NCBI RefSeq assembly: GCF_009914755.1 | Contig: NC_060935.1 | Strand: one strand, 5' to 3' | From: the human T2T-CHM13v2.0 reference genome, Homo sapiens | Length of the DNA stretch: 64,000 nucleotides | Shown here: piece by piece, positions 14,240 through 29,999 of the stretch | Layout of the letters: every line of letters begins with the position of its first letter | Position numbering within the stretch: position 1 is the stretch's first letter | Translations under genes and position numbers: made by a program | The notes under the pieces: generated by a model | What the model saw: the letters and a program-made list of their open reading frames with translations, nothing else | Database searches by the model: none | Told to the model about the DNA's origin: nothing

Positions 14240-14725
14240 TATCTATTCATTTATAAATGGACATTTAGGCTACTTTCACATCTTAACTCTTCTGAATAAT
14301 GTCACAGTAAACATGGTGTTGTACAGCTATCTCTACAAGATTCTGATTCAAATAGTCAGATGGAGTAGTGGTTATGAGAAGCTGGAGAAAGGGGAAAATG
14401 AGTTGTTTTCAATGGTATAAAATTTTATTATGCAAAGTGAATAAATTCTAGAGTTCTGCTATACAACATAATGCCTATAGGTAACAGTACTGTATTGAAA
14501 ACTTAAAAATTTGTTAAAAGGGTAGATTTTTATGTTAATTGTTTTTACCATAAACAAACAAAAACAAAAGGGCATGAAGAAACTTTTGGAGATGATGAAT
14601 ATGTTTATTAACTTTATTGTGGTGTTAGCTTTAGGAATATATGCACATGCCCAATCTCATAAAATTATATACATTAAATATATGTAGTTATTGTATATTA
14701 ACTATACATCAATAAGGCTATTTTT
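14240..14725 (+). mobile_element. Old L1 (L1MA9-L1MB-like) 3' end with an inverted 5' segment (14240-14349 on -)
   Basis: 14350-14725 is sense 3' UTR (aataaattctagagttctgctatacaacat...aaacttttggagatgatgaatatg...caataagg). 14240-14349 is the antisense ORF2 end (atggacatttaggctactttcacatc...aataatg). Confidence 0.75.
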
Positions 14726-15052
14726 GGCCTGGTACAGTGGCTCACACCTGTAATCCCAGCACTTTGGGAGGTCAAGGCGGTTGAATCACCTGAGGTCAGG
14801 AGTTCAAGACCAGCCTGACCAACATGGTGAAACCCTGTCTCTACCAAAAATACAAAAATTAGCCAGGAGTGGTGGTGTGTGCCTGTACTCCCAGCTACTC
14901 AGGAGGCTGAGGCAAGAGAATGGCTTGAACCAGGGAGTGGAGCTTGCAGTGAGCCAAGATAGCTCTATCGCACTCCAATCTGGGTGACAGAGCGAGACTC
15001 TGTCTCAAAAACAAAAACAAAAAAACAAAAACGAACAAACAAACAAAAAAAA
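14726..15052 (+). mobile_element. AluS (Sx/Sz-like)
   Basis: ggcctggtacagtggctcacacctgtaatcccagc...cacctgaggtcaggagttcaagacc...; A-rich (CAAA) tail. Confidence 0.97.
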
Positions 15053-16178
15053 TAGTTTACGAAAGTGACATATTTGAATACATGCATGAATTTAATAGAA
15101 ATGAACAAGACCATGAGAACAGACTAACATATGCCAGTGAAATTTATGAATTCAGATGCGGGGGAAATCTAACTTTGAAGAAGGGACTTTGAAATGCTCT
15201 TAAAAAAAAAAAACAGACTAGTAGAACAACTGTATATGCTTTAGAGAAACCATAATTACTTTCAAATTATTGATGTGAAGAAGTTCAATTGATTTTGAAT
15301 TCCATCTTCATAAAAAATTTTAACATAACATTTTTAATGAAATATTACATATAAAGAAAAATTATAACCTGACACATAATTTAAAGAAATAAACTTAACC
15401 ACATTTAGATTAATGGTAAGAAGGATATCCCCGACGATAAATAATTTGTTTTTCTTTTTGCTATTTTTGCTACATACTAGTGTCAAATTTATCACTGATG
15501 ACAACTGGAAATAAAGTGAAAAGGTTATTTAAACAACCTTGATCAGAACTACATTTAACCATTACAAAAATAAAATCTGCATAAAATTATGTTCATATTA
15601 ACAAGCCCCAGTTTTTCTTTTCAAAAATAAAAAAATTTTTGGAAATTTTATATAATTCAATATTTAATGTCTTCTTTAGTATTTATTTTTCTTATAATGG
15701 TATAAATTTTAAGAAAATGTGATAAGTTGTGTTATCGGCTTTCTTATTAATGCCTCCAAATTCCTTTTATTTCAGTTAAGTCTTCTAAGCAAATATTACT
15801 TTTCATAGGGATAATGATGTGAAAACTTTGAGTAATGCTGAAACAGTGTATACTGTTTCTCAGTTGTCCAGAAATAATAATTATATATAGGATACTAAAT
15901 TGATTAGCAATGAAGAAATTATGTCAAAATACTTTTGTAAAGCCTTATAAAATAAGAATCTGAATCTTTTGGCAAAACCAAATGGAAACAAACAAACATT
16001 CACTTGCCCCAAGCCAAGTGAATATCTTTGTAGAAAATTGCCTTGTAATAGGCCATGCAGACTTGGAGTCTGAATCTAAATATATTGAGATTTAAATAAA
16101 AGTAAAATACTCTATATTAAAGTTCTAAACAAATGGGCTAGCAAATTTCTTTCAAACAGGCTTGAATAAATGGATTCA

Positions 16179-16266
16179 GAGAATGAAAGAGGTTGTTAAC
16201 AATTTTATGAGGAAGATAGAAATAAACCAAGACTGTCCTGACCAAACCAAGAAATAAGGTCACCCA
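16179..16266 (+). mobile_element. MER94-like (hAT-Blackjack) fragment
   Basis: gagaatgaaagagg...taaaccaagactgtcctgaccaaacc...ggtcaccc. Confidence 0.55.
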
Positions 16267-16459
16267 GCACAAATCAAAATAATAATAACAGTTAATTTAC
16301 ATCATGTTATACAAGACTGTTTTGTAGCAGAATGTCAAGACACCAGTCTCTTAATATGCTGTGTTCCAACAGGCACAAATCACAAAGAATTCAACCCAAA
16401 TGGTTCCCTATTGTGCAAAGTGATAGACCTGTTCTTACTCTAAGGCAGGCACACTTCTG

Positions 16460-16615
16460 AGGGCTGTACATTAAATACTTTATTCTCAAAGCAGTCCGAA
16501 GGTAGGTGCTATTCTTAACCCATTCTTCAGATGCAGGAACAAAGAGAGCTTGAATATCCTGCCAGAGACACACAGATAGTAGTGGTGCTGTGATTTGAAT
16601 ACAGGCAATGTAACA
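16460..16615 (-). mobile_element. MIR SINE
   Basis: aggtaggtgctatt...cccattcttcagatgcaggaac...cacacagatagtagtgg...gatttgaatacaggc. Confidence 0.7.
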
Positions 16616-19600
16616 TTCTATGAATGAGCTATATTGACTATTAATATTTTTCTTCAGTCTATTTTTTAGCAACAACCTGAGTATATGAAACTATGAGCTG
16701 CCAGTGCCTCCCTAGAATTTATTCCTTTCAAATACTTTCCATGGCATTACTAGGAAATATGCATGCAAAATATACTCAACTGATTTGAGAACATTTTACA
16801 AAGACTAGTTTGAAGCAACAGGTTTCTCGCCTATGAAAATTTTAGTTTGAAAGGTGATTCGAAATAAACAAATCACATGGTATATATTTTCTTAGAATTA
16901 TTCTCTTCTATTTAGTATTCATGCTTTCTATTTCCAGACTCAATGAAGATGAAAGGAACACTCATGATAAAAGATTCATACACTCCCTCCTCCAGTCAGT
17001 TCAACAGACCATCCTTTTGAACTAATAGCACTCTCCACATGCTAAATGTGCTTACAATAAAATAAGTCCCTGAAGGAAGATTTTAAGTCAATCTTAGTTT
17101 AAAACTCAGGCCAAATATGAAGTAAACGGGCTTGCTTATAACTCTTGAGCCTGTGTGTTTAATACTCATATTCCCCATAATTTGTTTACCAGACTATTCT
17201 CATCCACAGATTAAATATGCAGATCACCCCAAGGGAAGAGTAGATGCACAATTGAAAGAAAGAATAACTGGTGAGAGAAGATGATCCTATGCAGAAAACA
17301 GCAAATACCTGAAGTAAGAGTGAGCATGTTTACAATTTGGGATGTTTTTATGAAAGCTGTTCACTTCCCAAACCATTGTCATATTATTAAGACTTCAAGC
17401 TTATAAAGAAAGTATAATTTTATCTACAAGACATACTTCCTTTGAGTAAGGTACTTTCATTATTTAGAAGATTTTCTGTGATTCCTAACCTAAATAAAAG
17501 CATATCATTTCTGTCTGTATATAAATCCTTTTTTATATAAATCAAGTCAGATAACAAACAAGTATTTCTGTTTGTCCATTATTACATCACATAAAAAGGA
17601 CAAGATGGATTTTTATTAACTCTGAGTGTATTTAGAATGGTTTGGCTTAGAATATAGATTAGATGGAATACCAGAAAATTACTTTGGATCTCTAAAGAAG
17701 TATCTTCAGGGCCTTGAGAGGGATTAGCAGTCACACTAATGAGTGCCTGGAGAAATCCAGGGGCCTTAGGTGCTTGTCAAAGGAACAGGCCATAATCAAT
17801 CTAGGCAACCTTGAAAGAGAGAGACAAATAAGAAAGATCCATGAAATTGCTTACTCCAGGAGACCTGACCTAGCATTAATATGTCATAAATAAAACAAAA
17901 ATGGTTCCAAATAAGAATGTCAAATAATTATCACAGGAACTAATTATTTGGATTTTCAGGGATCAATTTTGAAGTCATGTTGCTTCTTATTCAGCAGCTC
18001 TGTGTAGTGGGCACCAAAGTGACTACCATAAAGATGCTTAATGTCACCACAGGAAAGGCCAGGAATCATCCAGCCTGCCCATAAAGTTCTATTGGAAGCC
18101 AGTGCTGTTTATTGTGTAGCACAAGCACACAATCTCTTCTAGAAACTCTTTAGAAAGCACTTACCCCACTGACATTGACAGGACAGTCTAGCAGACTCTG
18201 TGCTGTTACTGAGAGCTGTATTTCTTCAAAGGGCATTACTGTTTTTGGATTGTGAAATGCCTATTTTTAAAACATGGAAAATTCAGACAAAATATAGAAA
18301 TAAGAAAGAATGCTGAAAGCACCTTGTACTAATAAAGAACAAATTCAATATTAGTACTTTTTCTCCAAGAGAAATAGAGCAATAGGACCTAACTTACATT
18401 TTATCCATTTTATTTAAATCTTTTTTTTTTTTTGCAAAGACTCTGTGGGATTTTAACAAATTTTTAGTTGTAACCATAACAAGTAAATCTAGTAATAAAT
18501 GTTATAACGAGGTTTAAGTTTTTCTACATGTATTAAATGTGCTAAATATGCCACATGATCTAATAATCTTAATACTTTTAAAATGTAGCTAGCCATATAC
18601 TTAAACCTGAGAGAATCCCTATTGCACATTGGCATACAATTAAAGGAAAAAACTATCATAAGAAAAACAATTAATAATATACTTGATAAAGAAAATGTTT
18701 TTTAAAAAGTCAAAGAAAGTCAAAGTACTAGCAGTTCTAGTATGACAAAGATGTACACAAGTGTGGGATTTCATATCTCGCTCTAGATAACTATGACTTT
18801 ATAAGGAATAACAATAATGTTATTTTTAAAAACATACTTTTATAAATGCAAGTTAAATTTTATCAAATCCTAATGTTTTGAGAGCATAGAATGAATAGTT
18901 TTAGGGCAACGTTTCTCAAGTAAAATTTCAAAGTTTGGTAGCTTGACATACATTTTGAATAATTTTATATGGCTACCGAACAAACACGTAAAACTTTTGT
19001 AAATATCCCTCTATTCCCAGGTGCTTCTTTTAGGAAAATTACTTCATTGAATATTTGAATATTCTGTTGTGTCTCAGAATAGTTATATAGTCATCCCTGT
19101 GAATTTTCAGCTCTGAAGATAAATATCACATATGACAAGCTAACTGATGTGGTCCTACTTCAGGATCAATCATTTCACCCAGACTCTCAACAGCCTATAT
19201 TGTGACAGAGAATCAAAGGTGCATCTAAAGCCTACTATAGCATCTTTGAAACAAGAAAGAAAAGACAAAAAAACATATTTTTCAGCAGTGTTTTTCTTCA
19301 GGGACATGAAAGAGAGCCATAAGCATGCCTATTGTAACAACAGTATATGTGAGCTGTGGTTCAACCTGGGCTCACAATTCAGAATTATTAAATACTTTCA
19401 TAACCTAGAGGAAGGGGGGCAAGGGTAGCTATAGTTTGCATTAAAGGAATAAAATTAACAAAAATAAAGCTGTCTACAGAAAACATGCGTGTATGAGAGT
19501 GCCAGTCTCTATATAAATATTATTAGATATGTTTAATTTTATATAATGTAGATAAAAATAAATATAAATAAAATATTCATCAAGCATCTTAAGGGATCAT

Positions 19601-20249
19601 CATGCACACGCTCAGTTTGGAAACCACTATATTACATAAGAGAAACGTATTCTTTAAGCACTAGCAGATTTTTATATCTAGCTATTGAATATATGTGTAT
19701 ATAATTTATATATGTTATTCCAATTTGGCAGTATAAATCAGATTGACAACAAGATAACATTAGTGAGCATCTTTAATTTGTAGTAAAGGGTTAATAATTC
19801 TAAGTGTCTGGATATTTCCATGGGTTTCAGAGAGTTTTGTTTTGTCTTCTAAACAGTCATTGAATTCTTTATTCATATCGGTTATACCTTAATCTGCAAG
19901 GCAAGCACAAGGCAGTTGGAAGTGTAATAGACTGGGTCTGGGCCTAGGTTCTAACTCTAGCTTTGCAGTTATTTTACCTTTTATTTATTTATTCAACAAA
20001 AGCTCCAGCCTAGACACTGAGATACAGTACTAAATAAAACATACCACTGTTCTGACATCACAAGACAATGAGCAATTCACTTCACAGCATTTGGTCTTAT
20101 TTCCTTCATGGTTTTTTTCTACTAAATTCTGTATAGTTTTAGTGGCATATTCTTGGCATTTCAATTCCTGACATCTTGTGAATAAATAGTTTTTTCAATG
20201 ACTAAAATAATACAATGAAGTGGAGAACTTAAAGTATGATTAGAACCAC

Positions 20250-20611
20250 TGTCTTAGTCTATTCAAACTACCTTAACAAAATACTTGACACTGAGTAATT
20301 AATAAACAACAGAAATTTACTGCTCACAAATTCACAAATCTGGAAATTCCAAGATCAAGTCTCCAGTAGATTCAGTGTTTAGTGAGGGATCATTTTGTAA
20401 AGATGCTCCCTTCAATGTGCGTTTTCACATGGCAAAAGGTGGCAACAAACTCCCCCAGTCCTCTTTTATAAGGGCATCAATCCCATTCACAAGGGCTCCA
20501 CCTTTATGACCTAATAACCTTCCAAAGACCCCACCTCTTAATACCAACACATTAGGAGATTAGTTTTCAACATATAAATTTTGGAGAAACACAAACATTC
20601 AGACAGTAGCA
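20250..20611 (-). mobile_element. MLT1A-type MaLR solo LTR
   Basis: tgtcttagtc...aacaacagaaatttactgctcac...tccaagatcaag...cttttataagggc...aatcccattcac...cacaaacattcagacagtagca. Confidence 0.88.
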
Positions 20612-21831
20612 ATACACTTTCAGCACAAATGTTCTATAAAACTAGTTTTCATAAGTAGAAACAAGCTCAAAGATTATCAGTAAATATGCTTTTCTGATTC
20701 TAGGGGAGTTACGTGATGCATATGTATATATATACGACACATATTAAAAGACAAGAGAGTTTCAAGGGGTGTATATCTGCTCACTAAAAGCATTCATAAT
20801 AATTAAAATGTATTGAAAACCCAAACTGTATAAAGCCTTGTAGTTAGTAGAGAATTTATAAAAAATATACCTCATCTTAAGATATTATCAACAAATCCAT
20901 AGAGTTAAAGGAGAATAATTCCAGATGTTATGTTTTGAAAATAATTTTTTATTCACTTCCCTGAAAGGATTTTTATCTGGTTCAAGTAAACCTCTTTGCG
21001 GAAATCTGAATTACTTTGCCAAATTAAATTTTTCAAGTTTAGTTCTAGAGGAATGCAATCAAGTAACAGCTCTAGTTTCAAAATAAACACTTTGACTCAG
21101 TTCTTTAAAAAAAAATTTCATTTGGATAGTTCTGAGTTAAAAGAAAAGATACACAAATTCACAGAAGACTATATTTCTGAATTCTACAGCTAAACATGTG
21201 AAAAGCATATAGGCCACTTATAATTAGGTTAACATCAATTTGCTTACTTATTGTTTTAAGGGGAGCTATGAGGCATGCAATAACCTTTGATGGTAGACTG
21301 TGATATGAATAGTAAAATTTTATCTAACAGCATGCTCAAATTTTATGTCAACAGGGAAGTCATGTATATTTATATTTGTGTGTGTGTGTTTCTGTCTATA
21401 GTAAGTACTGTCTTTCTCCATTTAGTCATACCTATATATTTTACCATTCGTATTTATAAATACAAGTAGAACTCCATTTGCCTATAAGTACATATACATA
21501 AGGCTCTTCTATCCAGCACGCTTGTTGAGATTTCAAAGGAAATGCTACTGAGAATAGAATTTCAAACTGAAATGCATCATAACACCAGTGTACCCATTTG
21601 GAAGCAAAAGTTGAAATAGTTCAACACTGAGCAGAATCTCGATATTATATACGTCTTACATCTAACTTCTAATTTGTTCACCACCAGTTATTGACATCTC
21701 CATAATTCTCATTCCATTCTATAAAACCCAAGTGATTTTTTTTTAGTAAAAAAATTATGCCTAATTTAACTTGATATTAACTACAACGACTCACAAACCT
21801 TTTGAGACAGAAGAAGCAACTTGTAACTAGT

Positions 21832-21884
21832 ATGTATGTGTGTGTGGATGGATGGATGGATAGATTGATAGATGATAGATAGAT
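21832..21884 (+). repeat. Compound (TG)/(GGAT)/(GATA) microsatellite
   Basis: tatgtatgtgtgtgtggatggatggatggatagattgatagatgatagatagata. Confidence 0.9.
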
Positions 21885-24800
21885 ACCTTGACTACACCTC
21901 AGATATTCTACTGATTCCATTGTTATTGAGAGAGCTTAAGCATCTATTTGAAACAAGTACTCAGAAAAACATTAGGAGGTAATTTCCTTACCTGAGGGAA
22001 GATGTAAGATTTTTAAAAGTTTAACAAGCGTAATAAGCTTAAAAATCTTATCAAGTTATAGTCCATCTTACTTAAAAAATACTTTTATGCATATTTGAAT
22101 GTATTCTGATTGAAATAATTAGAATTGAAATAGGATTAAAAGAAAATGTGGCAAGCATCTATATTTTAGAACCAAGTATTTCGTAAGGTAAATTAAACTT
22201 TCTCCCATTACATATCTAATCTAAGATGATTATAAAAATAAATAAGAACTAGATTTAGATATATCTGAAAGGTAAATATTTTCAACAACAGATTTCTTTC
22301 AATATATGATGACATAAAAATATACTTTATTTCACAAATTTAAGCAAGTTTGACATGTCTAATATGTACCAGTTATTGGGCTTGTCATATTTAACACTAT
22401 TGTGATCACAACAAAGATTCTGTCTTATAGATTCTTGCCATTTCTAGTTGAATAAAAATACACAACTACTCAAGGAATCACTCTAGTCAAAATAACAAGG
22501 AGAGGAGATGTACAGCTTTATATGAAAAAAGAATTGTGTAGTGCAGATAAAACATCAAATTATGGTAAAATATTTTCAATTACTACATCATAAATACTCA
22601 TTGAATTTTCAAGAAAAGATTTTGAAAAGGAAGCTGTTTTTAAAAATTCAAATCTGGAATAAAAACTCTAGATTTCAACAGATTTGGAATTTCAGCAAGG
22701 GAGGCTGTGTAGGTAAAATGTGTTAAATAGAGAAGTAATCAAAGAAAGACTAATTTAAAAGGATTTGTTAAAAATATAAAGTTGATCATCCCCAAAATGA
22801 AAATACAAATGGAAATAGAAATTTGAAAGAACAACCATAATTAAACTAGAAATGGCAGAGAATAAAACAAAAATGCAGAAACAGTCATAATAACCAGAAA
22901 ACATGAATTAAGAAGGCAGATGTCATGTCAAATATATTTTTGTGTGTACATAATAAATTCCTTATTTAAGATGTCAAAGATTCTTAACCCAGAGACTTAA
23001 AAGGCATCATTTATAACTCCTTCTTTCTTATCCTCCACCAAGTGTATCATTAATCCTTACAGATGTTCTTCACTTATATATTTAACACATGTGCATTTCT
23101 CCACACCTACCTCTTCTAACTTGTTTCGAGATTTTTTTTTTCCTGCAAAACTGCAATAGACTTGCTAACTGTTTTGTATCAATCAAAGGTGACCAGGCAT
23201 TTATGGGTTCAGCTTCTGATGCACAAATGACTGTCTATTCTTTCCTCATTATATCACTAAAACCATATAATATGCTTAATCTGTGAAACTAAAGTTGAAC
23301 GGTTAAACCATGAAATGTTGCATCATCTTGCTTGTAATTTAAAACTCAGGGACTTTAACAAATTTAGGTAACAGTCTGGTGATCAAGTAAAGTCCTATTA
23401 ATGGATGGGATTCATTTGGATCATTCAGGTTGCAAACACAAGTTTGCTGAGTTTTTTGTTTCTGGAGATTTGAATTAATATACATAGGAAAGATAACCAA
23501 ACAGTAAATGCAATGTTATTAAACCATAGTTTTCAGACACAATTTCTTCTGTGCTTTGTTATACCTCTTTATTTCCGTTGAGTGTTCTATACCTCTCTTA
23601 ATGGTTAGGAAATAAAAAAGATTTCCAGCTCTTGGAATAATTTATTTTCTGATAATATGTATTGTCAACAACAACAGTACTAAGCCTCAGAGCATAACTA
23701 ACACTTTGATACAGCCCAGCTTTGTTCCTTTACTGTATAAAGTTCAAGATTTATATTAAGAGGGACATCACGTACTTTTCTGTCTAAAATAAATTTATTC
23801 ATGTGTATATGACTATGTTTGTGTGTTATGTTTCAAAGCAGTTTTGAAAGAAAATTGCTACTTTTCTAATTTTAATTCATGACAACCCTATATTCAGAGA
23901 GTTCTCTGAAATAACATATTGAACAAAGTAAGCTACCTGCTTACTGTGAATAAAAATAAAATAGTTCTAAGAGGGCAGAGCATGCTCCATAACAGTGTTA
24001 GTAAATGATATTAATTTAAAATATAGTATAATTTACTATATTTTAAGGAAATCATGATTACCATATTTATCATGGACCCTCTTTGGAGAGTTTAATTAAG
24101 AAAGTGATGGATGATGTATTCAGAAAGGAAAGCTGGTGTTGTTAGGGTAGTCATTCCATATTCCTTCCACTTGCCTTAGTTATGTAAACAGGTTCAGTGA
24201 ATAGATCTCATCTACCAATGAAAAAAAAAGTATAAAAAAGAAAACTTAAGAATTTTTTTCTAATTAAATAATTAGTTTGGTATTTTCCCCATGACAAATG
24301 TCCCTACTAAGTGCCCATATTACCTTTCCATTACAAATATTAATAAATAACCTAGATTTTAAGGCTACTTTTAAATATGTACATAATAAAAATGATACAG
24401 AAGTTTAACAGCATATGAAAATACGTATGAGCACAAGAAAAAATATACATGCTATATAAATAGACAAAATTGTGTCTGTCTGTTATCTAAACACATCATT
24501 CTGAGGAAAGCCCTAGAAGAATCACATATGTACCATTGTTTGACCTTTACTGCTACTCGTAAATAGTAGTAATTTTTAGTATTACTAGTAAATCATTTAC
24601 TATTACTAGTAAAAAGTGAATGTTTCTTCATCACCTCCTTGGATTCAAGGAAAACACACAGACACACACAAATGTAGAGAATTGTTCTAGTAGTGCAGAC
24701 CACATTTTAAAAAGCTGTTTTATATTTCCTAGCAAATCAACTCTCTCTTGTGTTGAGATGACACCAGAAGAGGAAGAAATGCACAATGGTTAAAAAAAAA

Positions 24801-25446
24801 AAAATAAAATCGTGTCCATGTGTTCCTAGATGAATATCTCCTATTTTATGAGATGATTTCCTCTAATTGAGAATAAAAGTTTACTACCTCCACGATGAAC
24901 CAAATCTAATAGCAAATGTTTAGATTTCCTCTCTCCCCTATGACTAGATCATAATCAATATTTACCTAATAGAAATAGTGACAAAATTGAATTATTGAAT
25001 GCTACAACAGCCCTGTAATATTTCTTAATATTCACAATGGCCTTTGAATGCACAACACAACAATTATGAATTATAAACAGCTATAAACAATTATGAAGAT
25101 GTGGTTTAGAATAGTCAGTGAGTGAAACCCAAAAATAGGAGAAATAAATGTGTTATTCTCTTGACTTGGCTCATATTTTAAGACCTTAATAGAACACTAA
25201 TCTGATATTTAAAAACTGCCAAAGGAAGTTTTTAAAGATACCACCTAAAGCCTGAGAATAAGACATTAATATTCTGAGTTGAAAAAAAAAAAATCACGAT
25301 AATCCTTTTTAAATACCTTCAGTATTCATTCAAATCTCTGTTTTTTTGAGGCCTAAGGAGAAGAGTTAGAAGTAGTATAATGCCTTAGATTCTCCCCAAA
25401 CAAGACTCTTATAGGTAAGAGGCCCAGCAATGCTGCTGTTTCGTGA

Positions 25447-25461
25447 GGTTGCCTAGCAACC
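25447..25461. promoter_or_regulatory. Candidate RFX X-box GGTTGCCTAGCAACC
   Basis: Exact match to the palindromic RFX consensus GTTRCC(N0-3)RGYAAC in apparently unique sequence; function untested. Confidence 0.5.
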
Positions 25462-25660
25462 TACTCCCCTGCTCCACAGTGGAGCCTTCTGAATGCATTA
25501 GTGTCAAGATCAACTAGCCTGCAGATCAATTACAAAGACAAAAAATGAAGACAAAAAATGAAAATGTAGGTGAAGTACACCATGGAGTAAAAGAGCATTT
25601 GGATATTACAGGGTAAAATTGTAAAATACCTCTCTTTGTATCTTTTCTTTTTTTGGAAGG

Positions 25661-27099
<1,439 letters not shown>

Positions 27100-27733
27100 A
27101 AAGATCTCAATAAAGAAAACTTTATCAATTACAAAAGTCACAAGCATTGTTGGGCTATAAGGAAAATCGGTGATCTTTTTGTATTGCATCTGGCAACCTC
27201 TGGTGTGACAAAGAAGATGTTTGGTTTTTTGTTTTGCTTCTTTTAAAATGCAGTTTTGTATGTTATAGAAACTTTGTGGAAATGATTTCTGTGATCATTA
27301 AGATGGTTTAAAATGACATATTAAGGAAGAAACTAGTCTATGGATTAAACAGCCACTCTATTCCTTTGCTTCTTAAGTTTTTTAACCTCTCTTTGATGCT
27401 ATTAAGCAGGGGACCATGCAAATCAAGTGACAGTTAAGTTAAAACCAATCATATCCCAAGTCTGAATCATATCCCAAGCCTTGTTTTATCTATAAAACAA
27501 GAAGTTTGGAAGAGATGTTCTCCAGGTTCCTTCCAGCCATTTTCCACTTTTCTAGCCTACTATAATTTCTCAGTTTACATTTTCCAGAAATACTTTTTTT
27601 CTCATACCAGTAGTTCTCAAACTAAAAGATGGTCTCCATTTAAAGATCATAAAGCAAATTATCAAAATGTTCAGTGTTAATTTGTATTATTATAACCACA
27701 AAAGTAAAAAAATATTAATACATATTAGATATA

Positions 27734-28199
27734 TGTAATAGCTCACTAGGGTTGCCACAATAAATTATTATATTCTTGGTGGCTTAAAAATAACATATAT
27801 TTATTTTTTCACAGTTTTGAGTTTGGAAGTCTAAAATCAAGGTATTGACCTTGTTAGTTTCTTCTAAAGGCGTTAACAGAGAATGCATTTTACCCCTTTC
27901 TAATTGCTAATGGCTTTTACTATTCCTGGTTCCTCGTCTCGTAAATACATCACTCCAATCTTTACCTGCATCTTCACATAGCTTTCTAATTTGTGTCCTG
28001 ATGTGTCTCAAATATCTTTATTCTTTCTTTTATTAGGATTCTGTTCTTTAGATTTACAGTACACCCTAAATCCAAGATGATCACATATCAAGATCCTTAA
28101 TTATATCTGCAATGACTCTATTTCAAAATAAGGTTACATTCACAGGTATTGAGAGTTAAGGCTTGTAAGTATGTTTCTGGGAGTAGAAAATTTACTACA
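27734..28199 (-). mobile_element. MLT1B/C-type MaLR LTR
   Basis: agggttgccacaataaatta...tggcttaaaa...ggaagtctaaaatcaagg...ccttaattatatctgcaatgactctatttcaaaataagg. Confidence 0.8.
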
Positions 28200-28719
28200 G
28201 TATGATTTCCTTAATATTTTACTTTATTATACAATTTGTAGAAAAAATCAATATAAGAGGGAAGTACTAGCAAAACTAGCAGGCAATAAGCTTCATACTG
28301 ATATTTTAATATGGTAAACAATTTATCTTTGCTTTAATATATAAACAATAAAGTCTCTGATGTTATATAGATAACATATTTTTCTATTATGACTTCAACA
28401 TGATGCAGAGAATAAGGTTTCTAATAATTATATTTTAGGAAGGGATAGCTCATACTTTAAAATCTCCCAGAGAGCAGTTGCGAATGCTTGTATAAATTAG
28501 ACAAATCTTGGTAACACTCTAAAACTGTCTTTTTCTATGAAGAGAAGGTTAGCATTGCAACATATGTAATTGTCCATTGAGAACCAATAATAAATAAATG
28601 TCTGCATTGTTATCACAATTACTACAATTGATGGCATAAAGCAAATTGTTAAATATGAAGAAAAAATCTGCATCTTTATGTACATTTAACATACCAACTT
28701 GTTCTCTTTGCTTTACAAA

Positions 28720-28830
28720 TTAATGTGGTAGATATTATTATCCTTATTTTGGATGAAACTGAGGCATATAAAAATTATATAACTTGTACAAGATCTCAAA
28801 GCCTGTATTTGGCTTGATTGCTATAGAACC
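28720..28830 (-). mobile_element. MIR fragment
   Basis: ggtagatattattatccttattttggatgaaactgaggcat...aacttgtacaagatc. Confidence 0.6.
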
Positions 28831-28909
28831 AGATAGTTTTGTTTTGTTTAATTGGGTATACATACACCTCTGTGGTATCTAGCTCAACTGTTGTAAAGTC
28901 ATTGCCAAT

Positions 28910-29515
28910 TGTATTGGTTAGGGATCTCCAAAGAGACAGAACCAATAGACTATATAGAGGATAGAGAGAGAAACATATGATAGATAGATAGATAAGAAGG
29001 GATTTATTGAGAGAATTCTCTCACAAAATTATGAAAATTGAGAAATCCATTGATAGGTCGTCTGCAAGCTGGAGAACCAGGAAAGCCAGTAGCGTGGCTA
29101 AGTCTAAGTCTGAATGCTTCAGAACCAGGAAGGTGATGATCGAACTTTCAGTTTGAGGCCGAAGGCCTGAGAACTCTGCAGGCCACTGGTACAGCTGTGG
29201 ATACCAAAGGCCAGAGAACCTGGAGTTCTAATTCTCAACGGCAGGGAAGAAGAGAGTCTCAGCTCCAGAGACAGATGGAGAATTAGCCTTTCTGCTGCCT
29301 TTTTTGTTTTATTCAGTCTTTTTGTTCTATCACAGCTCCCAGCTGATTGGATGGTGCCCACCACGTAGGTTGAAGGTCGGTCTTCTACTCAGTTTGCTGG
29401 TTCAAATGACAATCTCTTTTGGAAAGACCCTCATAGACATATCCAGATATAATGCTTTGCCAACTACTTGGGGGTACCTTAATATAGTCATTGACACCTA
29501 AAATTAACCATCACT
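28910..29515 (-). mobile_element. MLT2B (ERVL) solo LTR
   Basis: tgtattggttaggg...gagacagaaccaatag, internal GATA repeat, tctgcaagctggagaaccaggaaagcc...ttgacacctaaaattaaccatcac. Confidence 0.9.
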
Positions 29516-29999
29516 TAAATCATGATATATCTTAATATGAATGTAATCATGAATGTAAATTGCCCACATTCTCTATTATTGGATATATTTACAAAATTCT
29601 AGCATATAATTATTCTCTCTATAGATTATTATAAAAATAAAAATACAGAATTAACAGTACATTCTATGGTGAATAAAAATTAAATAAAATTCATCTGTGG
29701 ACATCATCAGGGGTCCATTGTTCTATTTCGGTGGCTTCCAAAGGCCAATGGGTCAATGGAGGATCACAGATATTTTCACTGACCTTTTGCAAAACAAAAT
29801 ATTTTAAAAATGTTACACACATTTGGTTATTTTATAGAAGAAAAATTATTCACTGTGTTTAACAACTCACATTAATAAGTAGATTATTGCAAGTTGGAAT
29901 CTTAACATGTAATATAAAAATCTAACATTTATTGACACTTATTTAAATGTAATATATACTTTAAGTGCTATTACTCATGAAGTCTTCACAACTAGTTAT

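Noticed and set aside
15809-15890. snoRNA-like boxes or a short coding exon
   Set aside because: No proper RTGATGA box or terminal stem; the frame closes after 26 codons.
16938-17061. Acceptor tttctatttccag followed by AATAAA (terminal exon?)
   Set aside because: Both signals are frequent in AT-rich DNA; no independent support.
24561-24612. Short AT-rich palindromes (tagtaaat-c-atttacta; ttactagtaa twice)
   Set aside because: Low-complexity and short; expected in AT-rich DNA.
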